Under the pieces are notes generated by a model, which was given only the letters and a program-made list of their open reading frames with translations, was not told where the DNA came from and did not search any database. Source: Podarcis gaigeae (lineage: Eukaryota). From it: a DNA stretch of 64,000 bases. The stretch is from NCBI GenBank assembly GCA_964106915.2, contig OZ066915.1, one strand, 5' to 3'. Numbering within the stretch: position 1 is the first letter of the stretch; every line of letters starts with the position of its first letter. A program made the translations under genes and the position numbers. Positions 10,447 through 23,197 of this stretch are shown here, piece by piece.

Positions 10447-13400
10447 GTTAGTGTGTGTGATTATCTTTCAAGAATAAATATCCTAGAAGTGAGGCTTTGA
10501 CTTCATTACCAATTCAGTTTTAACTGCTGAGTATACTTGGTGTATATTTGTTTATCAGCCTCAATGTTTGGTTTAATAGTAAGGTATTTCTTATTACTTT
10601 TTGCTTTTGGTGGGCAGACTTTCATATTATATATTTATTTCTAAACTCTGTGTTGTTGGGTTTATTTGGGGGTGGCAGAGGAGGTTAGGGGCCATTGTCC
10701 CCAACCATTTCAGTTCAGTGCCCAGGATTTCATTTTTTGTTTGACTAAACTTTGACTGTACAGATACCAAACACTACAACAGCCAGTGTCACAGCATATT
10801 TACCAAGCCACCAATAACAAATGTATGCATTTGATTTCCACAATGAACACAAGGCAGCATTTGTTGAAAATTCAAAACAGCATTTGTGGAACTTTTAGCA
10901 ATATTTCTTACACTGCACACATAGAGGCTTGGTATCATTGTTACGTTCCAGTATAAATCTGAATTATCTTTATACCGTGAGTATGATGGTTCGGAATTCA
11001 CTCCCAGAACAGCACAGCTCACTTTCTTTTTCATTAACACATATCAAAATGTTCTTCTGAAAGCTGAAATTGCTATATTAAATTTAGGGAGGATGCTCTT
11101 GATTTGGAAAATGATGAAAAATGTCTCTGGGGTGTGTGTGGGGAGCATTGCTTCAGCACCAAGTGCCTGGGCCTTTTTTCTTCTTCTTTTTCTGCAGAGC
11201 GTAGATAAAATCTTTTGTCACTCTCCTTCATGTTTATGTAAACCTACTCCAAAACTCGTTGATCAAATCTTTGCTGGCTTTGGAATTAAGCTTCCTCTTG
11301 GTAACTAATCTCAGCCATATGTTTTGGTCCCATAGCTTCAGGAAAGGTTCAGAAGTGCCTATTTGCATCACCTGAGGCTATTGAAATTCTGATCAGAAAT
11401 GGTTTGTGCATAACTTATTGTGTGCGCTGCTGTTTTGCTTGAGCTGCAAATTTCATTCAATATACCTGTTCCTTATTTTAATTATTTCTGTGAAACCAAA
11501 AAGGACATTTTGTTGTTATTTTGGTATGCAAACTGCAGGTTTTCAGGTCAAGGCAACACACAGGAAGGTGTATGGAGCTTCAAAAGGGAAACCAAGTGAG
11601 TGGGGGTTTTTTTGCAATTTTTTGTTACTAGTCCTCTTTTAAGTTTTAGAAGAACTTAAAGTGAGACTAGCTTAAAACAACCCTTGAAATTTTACATCTT
11701 GTACAAAGCAAGTACAATATTGTGTTACACAAATATAACACTTGATATTTCAGGGTGCATTATGAGCTATTTAGACAGACTTCATTAGTGATAATAGTAA
11801 AAGTGATAAACAGTTCCTTATACTAGTGGTAGTTGCATCAAAGTGGTATAATTCCTATATTAGAAGACATGATATCACTTATTTAAATAACAAAATCAAG
11901 GAGGCACTTATGTAGCGTATCATTCACAACCAGTTTAATTCTATTACTAGCAGTAGTCTATGCCCAAATCTGCTTGATTCCAAATTCCATGTTTAGTTTC
12001 CTTAACTGATCTAAAAATGATATGCAGTCTTAACTGATGCACCTTCAATATATGTAAAAGTAAAATTCACTTTCATAATTAAATTTACAGTTAGAAATAT
12101 TCTTGTATAAACTGGTTACAACACCAATAAAGGACATAAACTGGAAATGGGAGTATGCTACCTATTTACTGTTGAAATTGGGTTTAATAGTTGCTTCAGT
12201 ATTTAATATTTCCCTTTTCTCTCAGGAGTTTAGTTTTCCTGCCAGTCAGTTCTTTCCTACATAATGAACTATCATGTAGAGCAATGGGGAACTGCTCTCA
12301 TAATCTGCATCCCTCCAATCACTTTTGGATGCTAATGAACAGTACCAGGGAGACATCAACCATTACGGTACATGGGGCCTGAATAAATCAGTGTGTATGG
12401 ATCATTGACCATCTTTGTTGTAAAACAAATGGCCTGTAGTCAGTTAATCATATAAAGAAACATCTTGGGGAGGGGGGAAGCACTATTCATAAAACCTAGA
12501 TCATCTTGTAGTTCCATAAACACAACATCTGTTAAAATATAAAGAAACTACAGAGTTGCACATTGTTACAAATACAAACCTTGCAGATTGATGAGGCTGT
12601 ATTACTAGCACTGTGTTTTGGAGTGGCCTTCCCACCCACCTCCAATTCTTATTTTGTTTGTCCCTGAAAACACCTTTTTCATTCTTTAATCTGCCATTCA
12701 CATCTTATCATCGCCAGGATTTAAATGGAGAAAATATGCACTGAAAATTGTGAATATGTGAACAGGATCAGCAGGACAGTGAGAAGTAGCCAGTCATCAT
12801 CTTTCTCTCTCGCTTGCTGGCCAGAGGCCTGTAAACTAGTATTTAGCTTGTTCAGCCTTAGTAGCCGGAGGCAAGATTACTTTATTGACCTTGGATGCTT
12901 CTGCACCGTGAGCGTTGCAACTTAGCCAAGTTGAAATTTTATGTTTTGTTGATGTTCATGTAGCCTTTAGGTACAATTATCCTTCCTGGTTAAGACACCT
13001 TATGGGAGTTCATGCCATTGGTGTGTAAACCTTTTGCTGATTGGATTTCCCCCTTCTGGTGGTGTGTAGCTTTTTTAATTTAAAGGAGTGATCTTGGCTA
13101 TCAAATAACTCCCTTTGCTGTCTGTCTTTTGTGTCCTCTGTATTCATATTAAGGGCCTGCGGGCATTTTAATATAGGCACTTAAAGGTCACTTGCTCTGA
13201 CCATAAAACACATCCATTATAGCAGCTTAAAAGTTGGCTTTGTAACACAAATATTCCCAAACAAAAGAAGGAGTTTTATTTTTATGTGATATATGTATTA
13301 CCAAAGAACTCTTGCTGCAATAGGTTAAGTCAGGGTTCTTTATACTTAAAAAGTAGAAGGGGCCAATCCAATGCCAGGGCAATTGGTTACTGTACAGTCC

Positions 13401-13484
13401 TGTTCCCTTTTTAAGAATCAGTGATTGATCCTGATAACTGAGCAGGGCCTAATCTATATATGCAGCAAGTGGAGTGAGCAAATG

Positions 13485-13649
13485 AAGAACATAAGAGCCT
13501 TCTGGATCAGGCCAGCAAGTCATCTAGTCCAGCATCCCGTTCCCACAATGGCCAGCCAGATGCTTGTGGAAAACCTGCAAGCAGACACTGAGTGCAACAG
13601 CTCTCTCCCCACTTGTGATTCCCAATAGCTGGCATTCAGAGGTATACTG
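13485..13649 (-). mobile_element. CR1-like LINE 3' end fragment
   Basis: aagaacataagagccttctggatcaggcc...catctagtccagcatcc...cacaatggccagccagatgc. Confidence 0.75.
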
Positions 13650-15335
13650 AATTAGGTAGCAGAATGGATTATTTCCGTTTAGTTTTAAAGTGTGCATGTA
13701 AGGAAAGATTTCCTGTGAGCAGAAAAGTAGCCCGGCATGGAGGAGCTCTGCTGGTGGGAACCCTTTCTTCCTGGTGTATTGATTTACTGCTTCACAATAA
13801 TCTTTTCAGTGGAGGTGCATTTAAAATCCTTCCTCAGCCCAGCAAATGATTCTGCACTTGAGAAAACATATGGTAGATTTCCAGTTGCAGGACTAGGTGC
13901 CACTCTCCTTGGTGCTTGAGCAGCATGCTTAACAATATGGGACATTCCCACTGCCATCCATGAACGGATGCTTATTCTCACTAATTTAGTCCTGCATGTT
14001 CCACCCATGCTGTGGAAATCCATGGGCAGAAAGACTGGAGGTTCTGTGCAACCTTCCCCCCCCCCCCTCCAAACTGGGAGGTTGAAAGCTTTGGAGATGA
14101 GAGGCTTGCTTTCTCCCCCACACCTCCCACCCCTGTTGGGCAAAATTGCTTCTCTCCCATCTGTGAAAGGGGCAATAAAATTCCCAGAGTCACTGGAGAG
14201 GATGGTGACCCACCTACTGAAAAGAAAGAGAGGCAGCAAAGCCAAACTAATCAGTGGTGCCCTGAGGCTTTTTTCCCAGTTCCTGTGACAAATTAAAAGA
14301 GGTGAGGGGTGAGCTGAGGAGGGGGACCAGAGGGGATTGTAGGAGATGAGGCAGCAGAGTGTAAAAAGTTTGGGCAAATTAGGCTGCCTGAAAGATCCAA
14401 TTTGCATGTTGAAGAGGCATGAAGGGATCAGAGGGTGAAAGCCAATTAACAGATCAAAGGCAGAGGAAGCAAGGCCCCTTTAGAACAGTGGCTGGTGAAA
14501 GCAGGAGTTATAGGCAGGGCTGAAGGTGTGGTGATATTAGATACTGGGTTGGACTCCTCATGTGATAAAACAGATTAAATGACGGGATAATTCCTGCTGT
14601 AAGTCCCACCCACTTCAAGCTCACAGGCTGAACTTGTTTGAGTGGACATCAATATTCATGCCAGCGCATGAGTCACAGTACAATGGGCAAACAGCTTAAC
14701 TGTTAATTGCACAGTTAAGGCACTGGGCAAAACTAGCATAATAGGTCTACTCAAGCTTTAGTGGCTTAACCCAGATTTCTGGCTGCCAGTCCAATTTTCA
14801 AGGATTGTGGGAGGAAACAAATGTGTGTGCAGGGGGGAGACATGAGAGGTGTAGGGGACTGGAACTGACTGGGAGGCCAGATCCTTAATTCACCCATCCC
14901 CTCTGGGACAACTTCCATGGGCATGTCTTGTCTTTAGTGCAGCCAATCCCAGAGGGTTCACTGATGATGCCAATCAGCTGATTTTAAAACAAAGGCCTTC
15001 TCCCTTTTCTGCTGTGTGTATTCTAATGCAGGTGTAGTTTCATTTTAATAAACTTGATACATGCAGCAGCAGCATCGAAACCCTATTGTCTGGAAATGGA
15101 GTGGGGAAGGCAGAACAGAGCAATAACTGGTTGTTGTACTAAATGAGAGCACAGCCATTATGCATTTTCTCCTTCTCCATGAGGCCTGGGTACAACCTGA
15201 AGCCTGCAAAGCACCTGAAAGGGCTTAATTTGTATGTAGGCTACTCTGTCCCACATCACATCTTAAGACTCTGTCACATGCAGACTATAATGGTTTGAAC
15301 AACAGTTTTCCATCTCCTTTTTTTACCATCCAGCC

Positions 15336-15566
15336 CAGGGGGCAGCAACCTTTTTCAGACGCGGGCCATTCCACCGTCCCTCAGACCATGTGGTGGGCCA
15401 GATTATATTTTGGGGAAAATATGAATGAATTCCTATGCCCCACAAATAACCCAGAGAAGCATCTTAAATATAAGCACACATTCTACTCATCTAAAAACAT
15501 GCTGATTCCCGGACCATCCACAGACCAGATTGAGAAGGCCCCCGGGCCTTAGGTTGCCTACCCCTG
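15336..15566. mobile_element. Non-autonomous hAT transposon
   Basis: TIRs CAGGGGGCAGCAACCT / AGGTTGCCTACCCCTG; 8-bp TSD ATCCAGCC (15328-35) vs ATCTAGCC (15567-74). Confidence 0.88.
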
Positions 15567-15573
15567 ATCTAGC

Positions 15574-15645
15574 CTGATGAAGAGTTTGGGGGAACTTGAA
15601 AACTTTCACATTATTTTGTGGCATTTTTAGTTAACTTAATAAAGC
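15574..15645 (+). mobile_element. Decayed Penelope-like terminal-repeat fragment with hammerhead-like core
   Basis: CTGATGA-A-GAGTT-tggggg-AACTT-GAAA followed by AATAAA about 35 nt downstream. Confidence 0.5.
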
Positions 15646-16788
15646 TTTTTTTCCTGGGCCAACACCTTTGCTAATATAATTCACAGGAACTTTTGAAATA
15701 TAGTCTTTTGACTGAGCAGTATTGGTAAATCTAAGTGCTTCGCATGAGGCTGGTGTATATCATCACCCTCCCTTTCCAGATTTGTGGTTTTATAACCAGT
15801 GGTAAACTAATTTAATTTCTGTGGATTTTTTATTTGTACATCAGAACTTATGTATGTTACATTACAGATTCATCACTGATATTTGAAATAGGTGAGTCAG
15901 TGCTAGGGATATTGGGGTTACTTGCTATATGTTTTTTATTTGATGTACATACATTTGGTCTTGGTTTTACAACTCTTTCCTCGACTTCCTGTTTGTTCTG
16001 CAGCATTAGTTTCCTTGGGTCAAGGTCATCTCGTATTATAGTCTAGCACGAGCACTGGGTGTCATACAAACCACAACTATGTTGTGTCAGTGTAAGCAGG
16101 GAGATCATTGCTGCAATGCTATGCTGGCATCAGCCACACCAGATGGTGGCATGGCCATATTTGCAAAGCCAAAATAGAATGGGGAGATGGTTGAGAAATG
16201 GGTGCCTTGAATTTCAGAGAAAGAGCAAGAGGCCAAAGCAGTCCACAGTAACTGAAACCATATGCAATTTCTCTCCACCCCCCTCTTAATGTATTAGGGT
16301 CTTGCTGAAAATCTGTCAGCAATTTCAGGGATTTGGTTCCTGTTTTCTGGTTTTGTCCTTATTCAGGGACCTACCGCCAAATGGTAGAGTTTATCACCCA
16401 CCTCTAATGTGACACTAAAATGTGACCTCCATTTCACTGTTGCATTGACAGGCAAGGTTGGCATTAGAGAAATTATGCTGATAGATACTTGCCTCACACT
16501 CCCTGATATTACTGGTGTACAGTGAAGACAGTACCTTTATGCAGATTATGAGATACTGTACTTGATTTGGTTTGATTCCTGGGGTTAACTACGTCCATAA
16601 TTTTCTGGGGTAAAGAATTGTAGATGGCCTCTTGCACCATCAATCTTTGAACCATCTCAAGTATTGTTGGCATTTCATTAGATAACTAATTCCCATCTTA
16701 TCCTATTAGAAGTAAAATTCTCTTGACGTTTCCTAAAATTCATTCAGAGTATTTCTCTGACTTTTTGTCCATTATTAAAGTACCGTGA

Positions 16789-17152
16789 GGGGACGCAGGT
16801 GGCGCTGTGGGTTAAAGCCTCAGCGCCTAGGACTTGCCGATCGAAAGGTCGGCGGTTCGAATCCCTGCGGCGGGGTGCGCTCCCGCTGCTCGGTCCCAGC
16901 GCCTGCCAACCTAGCAGTTCGAAAGCACCTCCGGGTGCAAGTAGATAAATAGGGACCGCTTACCAGCGGGAAGGTAAACGGCGTTTCTGTGTGCGGCTCT
17001 GGCTCGCCAGATGCAGCTTTGTCACGCTGGCCACGTGACCCGGAAGTGTCTCCGGACAGCGCTGGCCCCTGGCCTCTTGAGTGAGATGGGCGCACAACCC
17101 CAGAGTCTGTCAAGACTGGCCCGTACGGGCAGGGGTACCTTTACCTTTACCT
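16789..17152 (+). mobile_element. Sauria SINE, young full-length copy
   Basis: CpG-rich, intact A/B boxes, (ACCTTT)n tail, perfect 14-bp TSD TTAAAGTACCGTGA at 16775-16788 and 17153-17166. Confidence 0.96.
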
Positions 17153-17832
17153 TTAAAGTACCGTGAAAAAGTGTGCCCTAAAACATACATAGCCTGCCGA
17201 TTCATTTTGATCAGTTAAATATCTTATAGTAATAACTGGGAATTTCGTCTTTTTACATCAGGTCCATATTGGAAAAAATTGACTAGAATAAGGCCTACTT
17301 CTTTCTCCTTATGTCTTTAATATAATTGATCTCGTTACTTTTTCAAACAGGATTAAAATCTCTTAAGTGTGGCCACCTCAATTTACAATTCACGTTTTAA
17401 GAAGGGGTCTCTTATGTCTTGCCAATCCTCTGCATGTTCACTCGTTAAATTATACATATGCTAATGATGTGTGAAAATCAGCCAAATAACAACTCTCTGT
17501 AATCGCTTAATGTCCCTAGAGCACTGTGGCTTTATTATTATCTTATGATTTGTGACCTATTCTGAGTCACGTTCCTTTCAGGGCATCATTCCAACAGCTG
17601 AGGTTAATTAGCATTTTCACTTTTACCCCTTCTGAGAGAAGCTCAGGCGAGTTCTCACAGTACTTACCCACAGGACAGCTCAGAATTTTCACTTTGGAAT
17701 TGTGTATTTTCCCCTTATTACAGCCTGGAGTGGGTTTCCACAGCCAATGAGTGGAAACTCCAGGGGTGGGTGTTGAAGCGGGTGGTTGGCAAGTTAAAAT
17801 ATTTGACATTTGAATATCATTATTTTTATAGT

Positions 17833-18158
17833 CACGGGTGGCGCTGTGGTCTGAACCACAGAGCTTAGGGCTTGCCGATCAGAAGGTCGGCGGTTCGAAT
17901 CCCCACAACAGGGTGAGCTCTTGTTGCACGGTCCCTGCTCCTGCCAACCTAGCAGTTCGAAAGCACGTCAAAGTGCAAGTAGATAAATAGGTACCGCTCT
18001 GGTGGGAAGGTAAACAGCGTTTCTGTGTGCTGCTCTGGTTCTCCAGAAGTGGCTTAGTTACGCTGGCCACATGACCCGGAAGCTGTACGCCGGCTCTCTC
18101 AGCCAATAAAGTGAGATGAGCGCCACAACCCCAGAGTCATTCACAACTGGACCTAATG
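17833..18158 (+). mobile_element. Sauria SINE lacking the terminal tail
   Basis: Same head and body as the other copies; stops at ggacctaatg before the ACCTTT tail. Confidence 0.92.
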
Positions 18159-18503
18159 TTTTAGCTACCAAGCTTGATGACGATATTGTGTAGACTTATA
18201 GCTCTCTAAATAGCTTTCATCATGGAAGGCTATCCATGCAACATGCAGTTTGGGTTAAATTCTACTAGTCTGGGATGTGATGAAGGTTATTTACAGCTCC
18301 GTGCACCATGTCACTGCTCTCATTCTCCTGTTAGATTTTGCAAGTATCCCTCCCTGCTAATGGTAGTCTCAATAAGGGATTCTTGCCAGTAGTGCTAAGA
18401 GAACTGCTGAGTGAGGGATGAAGTGTGCATTTTACGTGACAGAGAGATGTCCCTGAAAATAGCTGCTCTTGTGGGGAGTATTCTCGATCTTATCCCATAA
18501 CGT

Positions 18504-18696
18504 NNNNNNNNNNNNNNNNNNNNNNNNNNNNNNNNNNNNNNNNNNNNNNNNNNNNNNNNNNNNNNNNNNNNNNNNNNNNNNNNNNNNNNNNNNNNNNNNN
18601 NNNNNNNNNNNNNNNNNNNNNNNNNNNNNNNNNNNNNNNNNNNNNNNNNNNNNNNNNNNNNNNNNNNNNNNNNNNNNNNNNNNNNNNNNNNNNNNN
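18504..18696. other. Assembly gap (193 N)
   Basis: Run of N flanked by GT/GA dinucleotides; probably an unresolved microsatellite. Confidence 0.98.
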
Positions 18697-19137
18697 TGTG
18701 TAGAGAGAGAGAGCGCATTCAGATATAATGTCACAAAGTATAAATGGTTTAATCATCTTGTGCATGAGCTGTAAGCTGGTGCCTACAGCTCAAGCTCTGC
18801 TGCCTTGCGCCTCGCTTAGTCAAAGCAGGAAGCAAACTGCAGAGCTGTCAGCTTGGTGTTCCATTTGAACCCATGCATATAGTGTTTCTCTCTCCAAAGA
18901 AATCACAATCTGAAGCCATTGTTTTCTTCTGAGCTTCCCAACTTTTGTTCAGGGAAAGGAAACTACAAATGCTCACTTGGACATAACACTAAGTTGGTTT
19001 GTGCACAAGGAGAAAAGGTGAAGCTCCCTGAGCTGCATATAGCTCATTTGTAGTGCGGTGAAACAAAAGATGCTTTGTGTTGCATCTGAAATGCAGCCAA
19101 TCTCTGCACACCTGATCCAGGTTTCTGGCTACTAGTG

Positions 19138-19245
19138 CATAGGAGTAGCCAGGGGTTTTTTTGGGGGGGGGCAAAACCTCAGTTAACTATGTATTTTTAT
19201 TGATTTTTATTGATTGGGGGCAGCTGCCCCCCGACTACGCCCATG
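19138..19245. mobile_element. Small hAT (Tip100-like) MITE
   Basis: TIRs CATAGGAGTAGCCAGGGG / CCCCCGACTACGCCCATG; 8-bp TSD TACTAGTG vs TTCTAGTG. Confidence 0.82.
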
Positions 19246-21597
19246 TTCTAGTGCAGGATAATGGTTACAAGCTATATAGCAAGCCATTCTAAAAGTTACA
19301 TACCTGGACAGGATAATTATTTCAGGGAAGGCTGCTTTTGGCAGCATTTCTGTGAATTCTGAGTAGCTTGTACTCTGGTTGAGAGTGCAGTTTTGGGGAA
19401 GGTATCCTTCGAGATTCCATTGTTGAATTAAACAACTTTAAATGTCTTACAGGTTTTCAGAAAGAGCTATTACGTTGCAGGACTGCAGCTTCAGAATCCC
19501 ATCTTTTGATGGTGGCAATGAATAAGCAGTATGGGACGCAGTTAGAATTAAGTGAGCCTTGGATGGACTACCCAGGAAAACTGTTTGTTTGGCAGCCTCT
19601 TTGGATGTGCAAAGCTTCCTGCAAAAGACTCATTTGCATTTCTGCATTTGTCTTGCTCTGGGAGAGGGGAGTTAAAGATGCTCCTTGGGATTTAAATAGG
19701 GTGAGCAGCAGCAGCCTAAGGCTCTCCTGTTGGATTTTTGCCATGTGCATTGAGAACAGTACTCACTGCTGATTCCCATTCACTCTCAGTTTTTGTGACA
19801 CTTAGGAGTTTTATTCCATGGAGATGCCCTTAAGTTCACCACAGCTCTTCCACCAGTTTGGTAAGAGGAAACAAAATAACACCCAACTCCTTTTGTGAAT
19901 GACCTTTTAAGTACTCATACAAAAAGTATGCTAGAAATCACTGTATATGCATGCATATTTGTTGATGGAACTGTGAAACATCAGAAGCTGATAGAACTGT
20001 GATGATTCTATTAAGGACAGAACCAACACCCTGCACCTCAGACTTCCTTCCATGAATGCCCTTTAGTCCTTAAAATGCAGCACATTTTGAAGAATTTATT
20101 TTGGCTTCCCCCATCTCAGATTGGATCTGTATCTGAAAAGGTTCAGAGCAAGGTATAAATATGTGCCATATAAAGTGCTTGCGGTCATTACCTCGCTTTG
20201 GAGTCCATGGAAAAGACCAGCAGGGTTGAAAAAGGAGAGCTTCAGGGAACACCAGTATGTTTATTTATCTGCTCTGCCTTGTGGGAGAACTATAGCTTAT
20301 TGGACAGAGCAGCTCCTAGGCATTTGAGCTCTTCACTTGCTTGCCAATCCACAGCCTGAGGCAGCAGTCCCTGGGACTAAGCTAGGGTACTGACTTGCAA
20401 AGATATTGCTTGGGGGCTTGTAAGTTATCTACATTCTCTCTGTGTGTGAGCTTGATTTCTCTCTCTGTGTGTGTACACACATCCATTCCACTCTTCGTTT
20501 GGAAAAATCTGCTGAATGAGCCCCCCATGTGACATGGAACTCAGTTGTCTTATGCCATTACCACACAGGCATTTAAGATTCTCTGTGTTCGTGAGCCATT
20601 TTGTCTTTCTTTCTCTGGTGGAGAGCAGTGCTAATATTTACATCCCCAATAGCAGTAATGCATTCTGAGAATGACAGCCATATTCCTTAGAAGAACAACC
20701 AGTTCCCAAAATCCAAGTGCTGTTAATTTGACCACCTGACAGCTCCTGAGGCCACTTGAGCAGTCCACAGAACTGCCTGAGGCAGAAGGGGCACAGGAGG
20801 GGTTGTCTAGCCAGCTGGATATATATCCATATATGTATAACTGCTTTCTGTCCTTCTCCTCGTTTCCCATCCAAATCAGGGGGGGGGGGGGGAGAGAAGA
20901 GAACAAAAATTTGATTCTCTGCCATCGTAGTACATCTGGTGTCTGATGGATTATTGACCGGTGGAAGGATTTATAAGGCAGAAGGAATGGTACACGCTGA
21001 AGAGTCATGTGGCAGGCTTTGTATAATTGGTTGGTTTTTTTCTTCTGCTTAAATGGTCAAAGAAGAGCTATGCCTTATATCCAATTGCAGCCCCCCACTG
21101 CACACACATACGGTAAAACAGATACATTCTTTCTTTACTCATGTGGGGTCATAATTACTGTATTTATTTCCAAATACCATAACCTTGTGCTGTGCTCACA
21201 TTCATATATAAGCATCCATCTTATGTCATGGATGCTAGGTTGGATGCAATACTATTGAAGGAAGTACATAACAAAACACACAGACTAATAAGGGTATTTC
21301 CCATGCCCTCTCATCCCCTTTTACTTGCGATGTGCTGCTAATATTTTTTGATAGCATGTTTCAGTGATTATATTTGCCCAGAGTCATTGTTATTCCTAAG
21401 TTTTCTTTCAGTTTCTTAACTCTTCATCTGTTTTATTACTTTACATTTAAAATCTGTTACTACTTTATTATTATTAGGATAATTGGTTTTGGGTGGGTGA
21501 GTGTGACTCCTTTTGGAAACACCTTGGTAAGCTGATACAGTGCTTCATAAATGCTATATCTTTCTCCCCTGGCTTCATTACATGAGGATCCATGACA

Positions 21598-21682
21598 GTG
21601 TATTTTTAATCTTTGTTGGAAGCCGCCCAGAGTGGCTGGGGAAACCCAGCCAGATTGGGGGGGGGGGTGTTTACAAATAATA

Positions 21683-21720
<38 letters not shown>
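21598..21720 (+). mobile_element. Extremely 5'-truncated L2 (3' terminus plus (TTA)n tail)
   Basis: ggaagccgcccagagtggctggggaaacccagccagat is identical to the 3' UTR of the L2 at 50674-51772. Confidence 0.88.
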
Positions 21721-21721
<1 letters not shown>

Positions 21722-23078
21722 GGCTCTTTTTATTGTGAATATATTGCTAAAGTCAGTCATATTGCTAAGCATATTACTTTGAAATAAACCCCATGTATTT
21801 CATTGTGCATTAGCTATTTTTGTATTTCCACCCCCGGGCTTTAACACCATCTAAAGCACCTTTTTAATTGTTTTTCCATTGTTGCTCTGTGTTTTCAGAA
21901 TTTATCTTCCCTAGTTCAAAACCAGGAATTACTAGCGGAGAAATATGATGATGGTCTACATGATGCAGATCCCTATCATTAGTTGCCACTGACCAACTTT
22001 TATTGGAACAAATTATAATCTTTGAAAATACAGGGAATATACTTGTCCTACCTTTCTTCTGTGACATGGCCTTAACCCTTGGGAAATTACATTTTATATT
22101 CCGTGTGCATGGCATAGCTAAAAGAGAATCTCTTTATGCAAAGCATATGAGGCTTTCCGTGGGAGCCCTGGAAAAGCTTCCATTTAGACTAGCTAATTAT
22201 GACTTGCAACCTGTGCCATAAATTAAAGCTCACGATGAGCTCATGACCGGTCAAGGTCTGTAATGTTTACAAGCCATAAGGTCATGGTGGAAAACAGCAA
22301 GGAACAGCCATTTAATAGGCTGTTGGCCTAGCTGTCAAAATTATTAATTAAATTTTATCTCCTCTCCTCCATGCTTGAGTGCCACCAGTATGAATCTTCA
22401 GACCTGAGGAAGCCATGCACAGTAATAATTGGGTGCTTATCACAGGCCAAGCAGTCTTTTAATATGATCCTTTGTTTGACAGCTATTGCAGTACACTGAT
22501 GGAAGATGTCAAGATTTCTGAAAATGCCAATAGAATGCCTTACTACATATCAGTCCCCTGGGTTTCAGATCTTGGGATAAATAAGGTAGCTAAGGATCAA
22601 TAGAATGTGGTCTAATACATTTATCCATAATGAGCTTCAAGGGGGAGGTGAGAGGAGAGAAGCTTTCAGTGAGAGAGTCAGAGGCATAACTGACAGTATA
22701 TATTATGCAGGGTGGATTGAAACCACTTTTGTATAGCTTCAGTAGACCAGAAGGAATTGCTGTGATGCTGCTCCTTTTGCACGAATTTTTGGCAGAGTAG
22801 AAGTCTTCATTTCTTCCCTCCCTCCCAGCCCACCCTCTTTTTTTAACTGAAAGGCAATTTTGTAGAAGCACATCTAAGACTGCCCTGGAAACCAGCTCTT
22901 CTCACTCTCAAGCAAATCTGTCATTGGTTCTATCACAGGCATACTCTCAGCAAGAACATTAGAGTCTGAGGTTCCATATCATTGTGAGGCATCATGTTTG
23001 ACTTCCTGCTCCAGCCACCACTTCGTTTTGCCTACTGGGCATCACTTTGCATGTTGATATTAATCACAAATCACTTGG

Positions 23079-23197
23079 CAGATTAGACTGAGAGTGTGGG
23101 AGTGACTGGCCCATGATCACCCAGTGACCTTCTTGGCTGAATGAGAGTTTGAACCTGGATCTCTGTGGCAGTAGTATAAAACTCTCACCTCTACGCT
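23079..23197 (-). mobile_element. Old tRNA/CORE SINE head
   Basis: gtgactggcccatgatcacccagtgaccttc...gagtttgaacctggatctc (B box on minus strand). Confidence 0.6.

Noticed and set aside
11152-11172. REST/NRSE site (TTCAGCACC)
   Set aside because: Only the left half-site is present; no GGACAG right half at a usable spacing.
18395-18774. ORFs containing X runs
   Set aside because: Artefacts of the N gap.
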